A program made the position numbers and the translations under genes. 64,000 nucleotides of DNA from the human T2T-CHM13v2.0 reference genome, Homo sapiens. The stretch's first letter is position 1; every line of letters begins with the position of its first letter. The stretch lies in assembly GCF_009914755.1 (NCBI RefSeq), contig NC_060926.1. The stretch is one strand, 5' to 3'. Shown one piece after another: positions 21,460-35,095 of this stretch. The notes below the pieces were generated by a model. It saw nothing but the letters and a program-made list of their open reading frames with translations, was not told where the DNA came from and ran no database searches.

Positions 21460-22159
21460 CTAGATGGTAAAGTAATAATTACTAAAATGTATTGTTTGCT
21501 TTGTAACTTTAATAGATGTAATGTGTAAAGTGATAATACTTTAAAATGGAGGAAATAAAAATGATTTATATAAGAATGATGTTTCTATGTATTACTAAAA
21601 GTTTAATAGTATAAATTGGAAGATGATTTGAATAATTAATTTTCCATACACCTATATGGTAAACTTACAACAACAATAAAAAGTCTCAAAAATATATAAT
21701 AAAATAATTCATTAGTAATCTAAAGTTCCCTATTTTAAAAAATATTCTTGCATTGCAAAATAAAGCAATAAAGAAAAATATTTGGAAATATATAAAACAA
21801 ACGGTAAAATGGCAGACATAAATAGAATTATACCAATTATAATCTTAAATGTGAGCAGATTAAAATCCATTCCAGAGGCAGAGATTGTCAGACCGGATTA
21901 AAACAAGTGATCCCAATATACGCTGAGATGCAAGGATACTAACGGATTGAAAGTAAAAAGATGACAAAAAATATCCTACAAAGAGCAATCATAAGAACAC
22001 TGAACTCATTATACTCATAACACACAATATAGACTATTAAAAATGTGAATAGGATTTTAAAAATTTATATTGTAGTAAAAAGGGGGTCAACGCTTTAGGA
22101 AGACATAGCTATTACAATCATGTATGCACAGATATGAGCTAAATTGTTTCCTCTATATA

Positions 22160-22555
22160 GATGCTGAAATTCTAACCACTGAATATGACCTCATTAGGAA
22201 ATAGGTTATTTGCAGCTGATCAAGTTAAGATACAATCAGATGAGCCTGAATTCAATATGACTGATGTCCTTATTAAAAGAAGAAATTTGAGTAGAGGGAG
22301 ACATACACACAGGGAGAGTACCATGTGATTATGAGGGCAGAGATTAGCCAAGGAATGCCAAAGACTGCCACTAAACCACCAGAAGCGAGAAACAAGGCAC
22401 AGAACAGGCTTTCTCTCATAGCCCTTGAAGGGACCATCCCTGCTGACACCTCAATCTCAGACTTTTAGCTTCCAGGACTATAAGACTATAAATGTATGCT
22501 GTTCAAGGCACTCAGTTTGTGTTAGTTGGTTATGGCAGCCCTAGAAAACTAATAC
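22160..22555 (+). mobile_element. MLT1 (MaLR) LTR
   Basis: 'tgactgatgtccttattaaaaga...agccaaggaatgccaaagactgcc...ttatggcagccctagaaaactaataca'. Confidence 0.8.
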
Positions 22556-24629
22556 ATGAACTAATAACAAAGCATAATAACATGAAGCAAAAATTGACAA
22601 AAGAGGAGCATCAGCAAAATGGCAGTGGAGACAGCTGCAATCTGTCATTTCCCCACAGAAACATCACACAACTAAGAGAAACTGTCCGAACAAACTTTGC
22701 CAAAACTCTGGAAAATGGTCAAAAGATTACAACAACCAAGTGAAAGCAGACTCAAGAAAAAGACAACTGGAAAACTTTACGACATTTTAAACTTGTCTTT
22801 GCCCCAGCAAATTGGCAGTTTTGAAGTGTCAGAAGCCCACGTTCCCAGTGAGGAAGCCTGGTCCATGGTCCAAAGGAACAAGAGAAGATCTTACCCGCAA
22901 GTTATTATGTGTCTGTTCTGACTGGTCTGGGGGATACCTAAAGGACTCATGAAAGGCTTTTTTTTCTGTGTTGCTTGAATACAGAACAGATAAGGAATGG
23001 ACATTATTAAGAAACTCTGCAAGGAGACTTAACAAACCACAGATGCTTAGGGCAAAAATTAAAGTTTACGCATATAGTAGATCACCTTCAGCACAGTAAG
23101 AAAAGGTGGAGAAGAGTATTTCAAAAAAAGACACACAAAATCATTCACGTACATGGGAGAGTCTGGAAAGTCACATGTATTCATAGGTTAAGCCACATGC
23201 TGACAAATGTCATAAGAAGACCCTACACTTTCACCTTGGCCGATCCCTCCCCTCAGTGCAAGCTCTGTGCAAGAGTGAACTTGAACTTCACTCAGTGCAA
23301 GAGTGAACACACACTTTGTGCCGGCTTTAAAGAACCCAGCACAAAGCCAGTCTGCATGGCCTAGAGACATATTTTGCTGGACAATGATTACTTGTTTTCC
23401 TTTTTGTTTTTCTTGTATTTGCCTGTTTGATTGGTTCCTGACATACAAGAAAATCACTGTCAAAACATTAGCTTAACATTTGTTAAGGAAACAAAAAGAC
23501 TTCGGTGACCACACCTTATAAAGCAAACAGTTTTGTAAATCACTTTGGAAAATTTCACTAAAAAAAAAAAAAATCCTTAACAATATAATAAGTAAAGAAA
23601 ATTTAAAACCACAAAACATTACTGTGTTTGTAGGGGGTGTTCGATTTGCAGAGTAACCACTTAGTAATTATAGTTATTAGAATGTCCAGTTTTCAAAAAA
23701 CGTTACAAGGCATACAAAGAATGGGAAAGTGTGGCTCATTCAAAGGAACAAAATAAATTGACAGAAAATATCCCTAAGGAAACCCAGACATCAAACTTAC
23801 TAGACAAAGACTTTAAAACAACTCTCTTCATTATACTCAAATGTCAAAAGGAAAACATAATCAAAGAAATAAAGGAATCAGAAAAAAATATTAAAAAGCA
23901 GGAATATCAGCAAAGAGATAACAGAAATTCTGGAATGGAAAACTACAATGATAAAAATTTCAAAATCACCAGAGGGATTTAAGAGTCTATTTGCACACAC
24001 AGAAGAAGCCATGAACTTGAAGAGAAGATAATGGAAAATACTGACTCTGAGAAACAGAAAGAATAAAAAATAAACAATGAGCAGAGACTAATGAATCTGT
24101 GGGACATCATCAAATAGACCAACATTCATATTCTAGAAGGATAAATTATGTTATTAAAAAGTTTACCCTTCTTTCTTTTCACCTTTCTTCCTTCCTCCTT
24201 CCCCCTCCTCTTTACTTTTCTTCCTCTTCCTTTGTCTTCTTCTTTCTCTCCTTCATTATCCCTTTCGCTGTTTCTCTTTCTCCCTTTCTCTTTTTTCTTT
24301 TCTTTCAATTTTCTCAATTACTAAGAGATGTTTAAGTACCCTTACCCTGTTAGTAGATACGGTTATTTCTCCCTTTAGTTCTCTTTTGAGATTTATAGTC
24401 ACTCTAAGTAAAGAGATAACCCAAACATAAGCGTCACCAACAGGCTTTCATACCATTCTTAATTTGGTCCTGTAATTCTTCATTGCTGTATTAACTTTCT
24501 GATGCTTTTAAGGATGTTTTATAACAAATTGTTTAGTTTTTTCCACTGGAATGTTTATTCTGAATTATCTAATTCATATTGTAAGTATAGAGGGAGTTTA
24601 ATATGAAATTATTAAACTAATATTTGTGA

Positions 24630-25450
24630 AAGAATGTATTTGTGCATTCAACAAATATGTTAATCATCAGACTGTTATTGGGCAGCTGAGCATACAGGAA
24701 TAAAAATAACACAATTTTTATGTGCACAATATTTATGGAATGCGTTACTGGACCAAATAAATAATTTAGTTAATAACATGACAAAGAACAGAAATTGTAT
24801 ACACTATAGAGCATAGTAATGGAATAATGAATGATTAAAGTTATTAATATTAGGTAGAAAATGAAGGGTATCTTTGAGAGCAGAACTCAAGGAAGCAAGC
24901 AATTCACCTTATGAGGAAAGAGTTACCTGTGGATAAAGGAGAAACTGAAAAATTTACAAGTCAAGACTTTTTGAGCAAAAGCAAAAATATGACTATTAGT
25001 CACCAATTCAGTAGAGTGAAAAAAAAAGTTGAAGAGATATCTTGGAAGTAAACCATGTTGTGGAAGAGCATGTAGGGTTTTGATAATCATGGGATGATTC
25101 TGAATTAATTTTAAATGCGATAGGAATATATGAGATAATTTCACCAGAGAATAACATGATTGTGTTTGCATTTCAAAGGGGTGTATCTGGTGCACTGTGT
25201 AGAATAAATAGGTTATGTGAGCATATAAATTGGGAGGCTACTCTAATCCAGAGAAAAAAGGTGACTTAGGTGAGAATGCTGTCAGGATGAGTGGTAGTAG
25301 TGGTGAGAAGTCGTTAGGCCATGGATGTATTTCATAGGACTGGCCAAGAGAACTGCAGCTAAATTGGAGTGTAGGGAGTGAAATGGAGAACTCAAAGATG
25401 ACTCTCAGCACTGGAAGGTGACAGCTGTCACTGAAGCATGCTGATGCCTC
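24630..25450 (-). mobile_element. L2 relic
   Basis: L2 3'-end-like 'cattcaacaaatat' followed by degenerate L2 body. Confidence 0.45.
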
Positions 25451-27820
25451 TTATTAAGAGAGTTACGTGGGAATGGCAAGATCAAAACTTCTCACTTTCA
25501 AATTTATGAAAAATATTGTTTTCAGAACGAATGACTTTGGGATCAGAAAGCCACCATTCTAATTGATGGTTCCACGACTACACGGGCTCACACTCCCAAG
25601 AGCAAAAGTAAATCATCACAAAGGTGCTTCTTGATAATTCTAGAGAATGGAGAATTACTGTAACGTCTTTCTGATTTTAGGAGAGGTAGCAGTTCCCTTT
25701 TTAGCCAAAACGCTATTTTTTTTTAAAGCTCAGCCAAGAGACTCCATTATAATTTTCAAATGTGTGTAACTTAAATTCTCATATGAAATACCACTATGCT
25801 TAAATTAGTCAAAACATTTTCCCCATCTACAACTCTATCTTGTCACTGCAATCATTTTCACAAGAGTGACTGCAGCTCACAGACCCTAAAAAGGAGAAAA
25901 TCCAGGGTAGGTTATCTGATCTAGTTAGTTTCGAAGACAGGATCTAGAGATTATTTAATATGAAATAGGTCACCTGAAATGAAGTGTTTACTGAAAACAG
26001 CTTGGATCTGCCCAGTTTTCTACCACTGAACCATGCATTTGGTTTAAAAAACACAACAACTCTGGGGAATACCGGCTGCTTCCAACTGTGTTGAAGGTGT
26101 TAAAGAAAAGAGCATAAAATTAAAAATGATCATCTGAGGCCTTTATAGTCTCTGCTCAAGAGACAAGAGTCTTCCATTCTTAACAAAACACCCAAATATC
26201 TTAATAATTGGGCAAAATCTAAATATCAGAGATAATTTTATCTTGAAGATTGTTAAATTATAATGGTGATTCACTACCTCGCCACGTCTCTGAGTCAAAA
26301 ATTAGGTTTTTGTTTAGGAATCAATGGTACTCTGCAACTTGGAAATAGGAAGATTTTAGAAGACTCAAACATTGACTTTCTTGTGTGCAAAAAAAAAAAG
26401 ACGTATTGAGATAAGACAAGTCTTTCCTTGCAAGGATACCTCTAATGCTCATACACCACCTCCCCTAACATTAATACAGCTTCCAGGTCACTAACCAGTG
26501 TCAGAGAGCAGCCCATGCAACTAGAAATTCAAAAGATGTCGAACATAGGGTCAAGCCTAGAATAAGAAGTCTTAGCTAATTAAGTATGCTTTTTTCCTGA
26601 AATTCATATTAACAAAAACTTGGATATGTCAGAGAATGCATTCTAAGTTCACTCAACCTAGGAGGGAGAAACATAATTTTAAATTAAGAGCTGAAGCATT
26701 CTTGTCCTAACAGAAAGCAAGGAAAACGAAATATCACACCACAGGAGGGATTTCACAAATTAGTGTCAACATCAAAACCTTAAAATAGGCAAGGAGAATG
26801 CAGATTCACAATGAGCTCCTGTACTTGTTTTGTTCAGAGAAGAGATGGTTCTGAGAGAACGACAGTGAACCAACCCCAGCTGGTTTAGTTGGTGCTTTCA
26901 ACTGCTGCTTCTGATCAACTCCTTTAGCTAGAATAAATTGATGAGGATTTTGGCATGTGGTATTAGAGATAGTTATTAATTTTTTCCTCTTATTTGCATT
27001 GTTCAATGTAGTAAATACTAGCTGCTACTTCAATTCAAATTAATTACAATGAAATATACTTAAATGTTGATTTTTTTAGTCACTGTTGGTTCATTATTGA
27101 ATACCTTCAGCTAAGATTTCCCATCTAAATACACTTAAGAGGTGGCTTAGTTAACTGGTCGTCCACAAATATTGAAGCTGTTGTTAACTCCTGATATATT
27201 CTCTGAAAAGAGAATATTCATGAGCCTCCTCCTGAAATCAGCAGCCTAGAGATAGTTTTATAAATTGGATACAAGTTGGAAATCTATATACTCTTTCAGT
27301 TTTTGAAATATTAGCTTCCCAGGGAAGAAAATCAAATTCATAAGATATGTTAGGACAATTTAACTCAAGATGTTCAAAACTGAAATGACATGTTCTACAA
27401 TATGTGATAAAACCAACCCCTAACAACTTAAAGCAAAACAGGGATTGACCTTAAAGACCTGCCTTTTCCTCATGCCCCAGCCAATCAGTTTTCAAATCTT
27501 GCATTTTATTTTGAAAGGTCCTTATCCCCCTGGTCTCTTGTTTCTAGACTTCGCACATATTTAAGTTTGTTACCTCTATCTACTGTCTTTCCTCTTTTCA
27601 AACAGTATCTATGCCTGCCAAATGTGAACATACAAAAAACAAATCAGAATATGCCATTCTGATTTAAACTGCTTATTAGTTAATACCCTCAAGATAACAT
27701 CTGGGTTCTTAGCTGCAATGAGTCAAGCTTACATCTTTTTTTGTCTTTGGCTGCACATTTCCTATCACATCACACTCCAGCAATACCAAGCTGTGCCGTC
27801 CTTCTACCCCATCTCCATTA

Positions 27821-30102
27821 TTTTGCCCCCATCCGCCGCGGCTTTTTCCCCCCCACCCCGCCTCGGCTTTTTGCCCGCCACGGATTTCTGTCCCCCGCCG
27901 CCGCGACTTTTTGCCCGCCGCGGCTTTTTACCCCCCGCCGCCGTGGCTTTTTGCCCCACTGCCGCCGCGGCTTTTTGCCCCCCACCCCGCCTCGGCTTTT
28001 TGCCCGCCGCGGCTTTGTTGTGACCCCCCTCGCCACCGCGGCTTTATGTCCCCCCGCCGCCGTGGCTTTTTGCCCGCCGCGGGCTTTTGCCCCCCGCCGC
28101 CGTGGCTTTTTCCCCACGGCGGTTTTTTGCACCCCCCCCCCCCGCCGCCTCGGGTTTATGCCCACCGCGGCTTTTTGCACCCCGCCGCCGCAGCTTTTTG
28201 TCCACCGCGGCTTTTGCGCCCCCGCCGCCGCGGCTTTTTGTTGCCGCGGCTTTTTACCCGCTCCAGCTTTTTGCCCCACTGCCGCCGCGGGGTTTTGCCC
28301 GCCCCGGCTTTTTGCCCACCCCCGGCTTTTTGCTCCCCCGCCGCCGCGGCTTTTTGCCCCCCCCCCCCCCGCCCCCGCGGCTTTTTGTTCCCCGCCGCCA
28401 CGGCTTTTTGCCGGTCACGGCTTTTTGCCCCCCCCGCCGCCGCGGCTTTTTGACCCCAACGCCGCGGCTTTCTCCCCCACGCCGCCGCGCCTTTCTGCCC
28501 GCCACGGCTTTTTCCCCCCCGCCGCGGTGGCTTTTTGCCCAACCCGGCTTTTTGCCCGACTCGGCTTTTTAACCCCCCCGCCGGTGCCGCACTTATTTGC
28601 CCGCAGCGGCTTTTTGCACCCCCGCCGCCGCGGCTTTTTGTCCCCCCGCCGCGGGTTTTTTGCCCCCCGACGCGGCCGCGGCTTTTTGTCCCCCGCCGCC
28701 GCGGCTTTCTGCGCGCTGCGGCTTTTTGCACCCCGCCCCCACGGCTTTCTGCCCACCGCGGCTTTTTGCCAGACCCGGCTTTTTGATCCCCCGCCGCCGC
28801 GGCTTTTTGCCGGCCGCGGCTCTTTCCCCCCACCGCCGCGGCTTTTTGCCAGACCCAGCTTTTTGAACCCCCGCCGCCGCGGCTTTTTGCCCCCCCGCCA
28901 CCGCGGCTTTTTGCCCGCTGCGGGTTTTTACCCCACGCCGCCGCAGCTTTTTGCCGGACCCGGCTTTTTGCTCCCCCGCCGCCGCCGCCGCCGCCCCGGT
29001 GCCGCGGTTATTTGCCCGTCGCGGCTTTTTGCCCCCTGCTGCCGCGACTTTTTGCTCGACCCGGCTTTTTGCCCCCCGACGTCGCGGCTTTTTGCCCCCC
29101 GCCGCCGCGGCTTTTTCACCCCCTCCGCCGCGGCTTTTTGCCCGCTCCGGCTTTTTGCCCCCCGCCTCCACGGCTTTCTGCCGCCGCGGCTTTTTTTGCC
29201 TCCGCGGCTTTTTTCCCGACCTTTTTGCCCCCCCGCCGCCGTGGCTTTTTGCCCGTCGCGGCTTTTTCACCCCCGCCGCCGCGGCTTTTTGTCGCCGCTG
29301 GCTTTTTGCCCCCCCGCCCCCGCGGATTTTTCCCCCCTGCCGACGCGGCTTTTTGCCCGCCCCGGCTTTTTGCCACCCCCCGCCCCCGGGCGACGCGGCT
29401 TTTTGCCCCCTGTCGCCGCGGTTTTTTGCCGGACGCGGGTTTTTGCCCCCCGCCCCCAGGACTTTCTGCCCGCCGCGGCTTTTTGCCCCCTGCCGCCGCG
29501 GCTTTTTTTGCCTCCGCGGCTTTTTGCCCGACCCGGCTTTTTGCCCCCCCGGCCGCTGTGGCTTTTTGCCGCCGCGGCTTTTTGTCGCCGCGGCTTTTTG
29601 CCCCCCCGCCGCCATGGCTTTTTCTCGCCGCGGCTTTTTGCCCGCCCCGGCTTTTTGCCCCCCAGCCACCGCGGCTTATTGACCCCCCGCCGCCGCGGCT
29701 TTTTGCCCCCTGCCGCCGCGGCTTTTTGCCCCCCTGCCGCCGCGGCTTTTTGCCTCCGCAGCTTTTTGCATCCCCGCCGCCGCCGTGGTTTTTTGTCGCC
29801 GCGGCTTTTTCCCCCCGCCGCCGCGGCTTGTTGCCGGCTGCGGCTTTTTGCCCCCCCCCCCGCCACTGTGGCTTTTTGCGTCTTTGTGTCCCCGCCGCCC
29901 TGGCTTTTTGCCCGCGCCACCACTGCTTTTTGCACCTTTAAGCCCCCGCCGCCGCGGCTATTTGCCCCCCGCCGCCGCGACGTTATATGGTTTTTTGCTC
30001 CCACTGCTTTTTGCCTCCGCCGCCGCGGCTTTTTGCCCCCCCACCACCGCAGCTTTTTGCGCCTCGGCTTTTTGCCCCACCAGCGCCGCGGCTTTTTGCC
30101 CC
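27821..30102. repeat. GC-rich pericentromeric GGGCAAAAAGCCG-type tandem repeat (CpG-island-like)
   Basis: Degenerate 13-25 bp units CCGCCGCGGCTTTTTGCCCC. The core CGGCTTTTTGCCC is the reverse complement of GGGCAAAAAGCCG, a repeat known from hominoid pericentromeric duplications near V-kappa orphons. Confidence 0.93.
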
Positions 30103-31712
30103 ATGGCCATCGTCAGAAGTGTGAGTGGAACAGAGTGAAGGGAAAGCTGTTTTCTTCGAAAGCTCAAAAATCTTGAACTTTTAAATAGGGATAAGTGTTA
30201 TTTTTGCTCCAAGCACACATTTGAGAAATCTTCCATTTAGCGGATCTGATGATAAACCCACATTTTTGTTTGTTTTAATCTGAAAATGTATTTGTATGGT
30301 TCTTGGAAATATTTTTTTTCATATAAAATTATAGTTTATCAGCTTATTTCAAGTTTTATTTACCATTTGATAATTACTCCTAAAATGTCATTGATTAAAT
30401 AAAGAATCATCTATTGCTCCAACTGCTCTTTACTAAAGGTAATTTGTCTTTTTAACCTCATCAGGCTCCTTTTAAGCTCTCAAACTGACCTTATTTTTTT
30501 TTTACAGATTCAATGCATTAAGTCAATTTATTATTTATGATGAATTTATTTATGTATTTATTTTCGCTATCACAAGTAGAAAAAGCCTATAAGTTGCTAT
30601 GCCAAAAACCTGCCTCTAGATGGCAAACAAACCCCGCAATACACAAAAGAGAGCCAAATTCTTAGAAACCCTGGGAAAGGAAGAGGGCTACTGTCCCATT
30701 AACAACTTGGAGCCCTTAAGGCAAGAATGAGGTGGAACATCTGGAACATCTGGGAGGAGACACAAGGGTGCGGAGTAGTGGGGAACCTGCTCTGTGCTCT
30801 GAGACTGAAAGCCCAGCCTTGCCTCTCACCGCTGCCTTGACTGTGTCCCCATCTGCTGTGAAGTGAATGGTGTCTTCTAAATTCGTGCTGAGCCCTAATT
30901 GCTGAAAAGTGTTAAGACATGCAATGGGGGGATTATGTGCATCTTCCCGACACCAACATGATGCTCAGGAAGGAGACTTCTTGTTTTCTCTTAGGATTCT
31001 TTTACTAACCAAGATTTTGCCTCTACTGCATATTTCCCTTTGCTGATTGTCCCTCCCTTTTGACAGAAGATGGCCCAGGGCATTCACTACTAAGTCTCAA
31101 CCTCTTACCCAAAGCCCTCAGTCTAGTGTTGCTCTTTCCTTCATGCTATTTTTGTTTCTTTCTTTTCTTGTAATCATCTTGGCAATAAAATAATCAGTTT
31201 TTTCTTTCTACCTATTAAAGATGTTACCTTAGTTAATTACAGGGGTTTCCTTCAGAATGATAAGTGGTCTTTCAAAATGATGTAAAGAGATCTAAATCCG
31301 TGTGCTCCAGAAGTTGAATGAAGCTCTGTCTAGCACGGGTGCCAGTGACTCTCCCAGAGTGCTCCATGCAGCTGGACCCACAGAGTCCCTCTGTGCTGTC
31401 ATATCACCCACTGCCTTCTGTGAATGAGATATTCTGATTAGAATCCTGGTGGATGCTATTTGAGCCAGTGCCCCCACAACTCCTATGAAAGCCGAGGACC
31501 ACAGGCCCCTGAAGACAATCACAGGTCTCTAGACTCACAGCTCATGACCGTCCTCTGCAGACACAGCTTCTCCTCGGATGGCTGAGGGTTGTCATTGGCT
31601 GTGTTCTTCCTTGTGCATGACAACAGGAGACATAGAAGGTCTGTAAGCAGCCCTGCAAGCCAGGTTCTGAGCAAGCCCTCCTGTGTGGGGCCCTCTTACC
31701 TGGACATAGGTG

Positions 31713-32561
31713 TGTAAACCAAAAATGAAACTCTAAGCTCCCTAACCAACTGAATGAACTCCTCCTCTCAGCCAAGCACACACCAAAATCAACCTGAAAT
31801 ACAATGCAGCCCATGATCGGAACGGATGATTGGATATGCCTTAACTTACCCTCTTCCCTTTAAAATTCAGGCACAACTGACCAGCTTTTAATATGAAGAC
31901 AGAGACCTTGAGACTGACAAAGAAAACTCTTTATAGCAATAAGTTACCAATGTGACAGATACCACGTCCTAAGAGAAATCAAAGTATTTTCCTCAAGATA
32001 TTGTTATTTAATGTATTTAAAAATGCCTCTGCAAAGCTGGTTCTTGTGGGAAAAATCTACATTCTGTAGAGACTCCTTTTTAAGTCTCTTTCCTGACCCA
32101 GAGAGATTTAACTAAGAGTTTGGCACCTTTTAAGTCTGCTAAGAAACAATTACAATCTATTCTCTCTGAAGCCTGCTACCTGGAGGCTCCATCTGCGTGA
32201 TGCAACCTTGGCTCCAAAACCCTTTTTCTAAACCCAGAAACTCCCTTGTGTTGATTACAGGTCATTAGATCAACTCTTTCAACCACCTATGAAATCTTTG
32301 AATCCACCTAGGACCTGGAAGTCCCCAACATCCCCCCTCCTTCGGGCTGTCCTGCCTTTTCATATCAAAGCAATGTACAGCTTACACGTATTGATTGATA
32401 TCTTATGTCTCCCTAAAACGTGTAAAACCAACCTGTAGCCCGACGACCTTTGACACACGTTCTCAAGACCTCCTGAGGCTGTTTCACTGATATTTCTTTA
32501 ACTTTGACCAAATAAATTTCTAAACTGATTGAGACTTTTCTCAGATACTTATTTGTTTATA
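31713..32561 (+). mobile_element. MER4-family (ERV1) solo LTR
   Basis: Starts TGTAAACCAAAAAT.AAA.TCTAAG and ends 'aataaatttctaaactgattgagac...tcagatactt...gtttata'. Imperfect 4-bp TSD ggtg/ggta. Confidence 0.8.
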
Positions 32562-32636
32562 GGTATCACTGGATACACTTAAGGAATTGAAGAGATTTAT
32601 GACATTGAGAAAAGGAGGAAGCCAGGGTGTGTGGAC

Positions 32637-32639
<3 letters not shown>

Positions 32640-32681
<42 letters not shown>
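32640..32681. repeat. (GA)n microsatellite
   Basis: About 21 uninterrupted GA units. Confidence 0.98.
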
Positions 32682-32685
<4 letters not shown>

Positions 32686-32728
32686 GATGTATGTACAGGA
32701 CTAACACTGAGACCTGGTTATGTAATGG

Positions 32729-33191
32729 TGTAGTACTGAGTATCATCCCCAAATAGTGAGGTTTCATTCCATGAAGGCTATGCATGTATCTCATTTGGGA
32801 AAACAGCTTTTGCAGGTGTAAATTAAGGAGCTTGAAACAGGGAGATGGTCTTAGATTAATCAACTGGGACTTAAATGCAAACTCAAGTGTCCTAAAAAAA
32901 ACAAGAGGTAGAGAGAGATTTAGCATAGACTGAAGTGGAGAAGGCAGTGTGAACACAGAGACAGAGATTGCAGTGATGTGTCCACATCCCGGGAGAGAGA
33001 AGCCACCAGAAGCTGGAAGAGCTAAATCAGACTGCTCCCTAGAGCTTCAGAAGGAGCCAGAACTGATGACTCCAAGATCTTAGCCCAGTGAAACTGATCT
33101 GGACTTCTGAACTATGAGAGATTCCATTCCTGTTGTGTGAAGCTACCACATTTTTGAGAACTTGTTACAGTAGCCCGAGGACACTAACACA
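32729..33191 (+). mobile_element. MLT1 (MaLR) LTR
   Basis: 'ttttgcaggtgtaaattaagg', 'agccaccagaagctggaagag' and 'ttgttacagtagccc..ggacactaaca'. Confidence 0.75.
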
Positions 33192-33981
33192 AATGGGGCT
33201 CCGGGAAAATCCAGACTAAAGGTGTTGTGTTGGTTTGCAATCTCCTTGCTTAACTTTCTGATACTAGACGTAAATAGATTGGTGAAACATTTTGTGATTG
33301 AAAAAATGTACATGAAACCTACAGTGTACAGAGAAGCATCTGTTAGTTATAAGATAAATATTGATAATTTTAGTTGAAAATGACATATGACTGTTAATAT
33401 CTCACATAACATTCTGAGTTACTCAAGAATGCATAAAAGAGGCACTAGATACTCTTCTCATGTATGTGTGTGTGTCTGTCTATACATGTATGTACACTTC
33501 ATGGTGCATCAGCTGGCGGAACCCTCAGGACACCCCTTCACATCCTCAGTGCCCCATTTCACACATGAGGAAACTGTTCATGACAGCACATGGCTGATTT
33601 GCATAAAAGTCACTTGGTCAGCAGTTGTCGAAGCTGAACTTGGAATCTAGGTCTGTGTGACCTTAACTTATGTTCCTTCCACAGAGCCACCTTCATTCCA
33701 TAGAGGGACCCACCACCTATAAAACCGGAAAAGAGACAAAGCCAGAAGTGCAGGGTGGATTTCTTAACACAAGCTCACTGCGACCTCTAGTCCTCATCAC
33801 GCTGACACTAAGCTTAAACCCAGACCCTTCTACAGTTTTGTCTACAAAGCACAATTTGCCCAAAGCCTTTACAAACACCAACAGCCTTTCTTTCAGATAT
33901 GGCAGCAGGGTCACATCTTACACGGCCCTGACCACATTTTGTCTCCTCTGCCATCCCCATCTCTCTGACTCAGTCCTCGCT

Positions 33982-34330
33982 TGCAGCCATAAAAAAGGAT
34001 GAGTTCATGTCCTTTGTAGGGACATGGATGAAGCTGGAAACCATCATTCTCAGCAAACTATCGCAAGGACAAAAAACCAATCACTGCATGTTCTCACTCA
34101 TAGGTGGGAATTGAACAGTGAGAACACGTGGACACAGGAAGGGGAATATCACACACCGGGGACTGTTGTGGGGTGTGGGGAGGGGGGAGGGATAGCATTA
34201 GGAGATATACCTAATGTAAATGACGAGTTAATGGGTGCAGCGCACCAACATGGCACATGTATACATATGTAACAAACCTGCATGTTGTGCACATGTAACC
34301 TAGAACTTAACAATAATAATAATAATAAAA
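33982..34330 (+). mobile_element. 5'-truncated L1PA (about L1PA5) 3' end with an (AAT)n tail
   Basis: End of ORF2 plus 3'UTR, closely similar to 3511-3850. Confidence 0.95.
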
Positions 34331-34639
34331 AGAATGGGTCTTGTACATCCAATTTGCCCTATGAATGTTAAAACAGCAAACCCGCATCCCCTTCCTCTTC
34401 TCATGTGCTGTGAGAGATGACCTCCAGGCTCTCAGATACCAAAATTGTACAAGACCTAACCCAGAGAATTACTCAAGACACTTTCTACGTAAGAAGAATT
34501 GTGGTACTAGCTCTCCTCATAGAAAAATGTTTTCTGTCTCTTGTTGAAATTGACAGCAAACACAAAAACACAGAACTATTTGGGAGAACAGAGGACAGTG
34601 ATACACTAGGGAAGTAAAACACACCCCTTCCCCTTGCAT

Positions 34640-35095
34640 TGGTTTCCTGTTGCTGCTGTAACAAATTACCACAACTTTACTACTCCACATAACACAAGTG
34701 TATTATCTTACATTTCTGGAGGTCAGAAGTCTCAATGAAGTAAAATCAAGGAGTAATAGGGCTCTATTCATTCTAGGCTTCAAGAGAGAGAATCCAATGT
34801 CGAGCATTCCATCTTTCTGATGTTCCCACATTCCTAGCAGCATGGCCCCTTCCTCCATCACTCCAGTTTCCCTGTCCATTGTCCCAGGTCCTCTCTGGCT
34901 GTTACCTTCCTCCCTCCCTATTGTAAGGACCCTTGTGATTATGATGGTCTCACCCAGATAATTCAGGATACTCTCCTGACCTCAAAATTCTCAACCACGT
35001 CTGCCAAGTTATTTTTGACTTGTTCATAAGTAATGATCATAGATTCCAGATATTAGGACAATGATGTCTTTAGTGGGTGTATTATTCATTCCACA
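34640..35095 (-). mobile_element. MLT1 LTR
   Basis: 'tttcctgttgctgctgtaacaaattaccac...ttctggaggtcagaagtc...aaggacccttgtgattat...cacccagataat'. Confidence 0.75.

Noticed and set aside
27821-30102. CRISPR array or tandem bacterial terminators (GC palindrome plus T run)
   Set aside because: No constant repeat with unique spacers, no cas genes, and the context is primate. It is a degenerate tandem repeat.
27741-30176. 811-aa ORF and overlapping Pro/Arg/Ala/Gly-rich ORFs on both strands
   Set aside because: The repeat composition almost excludes stop codons. Several frames are open, most use non-ATG starts, and there is no domain structure.
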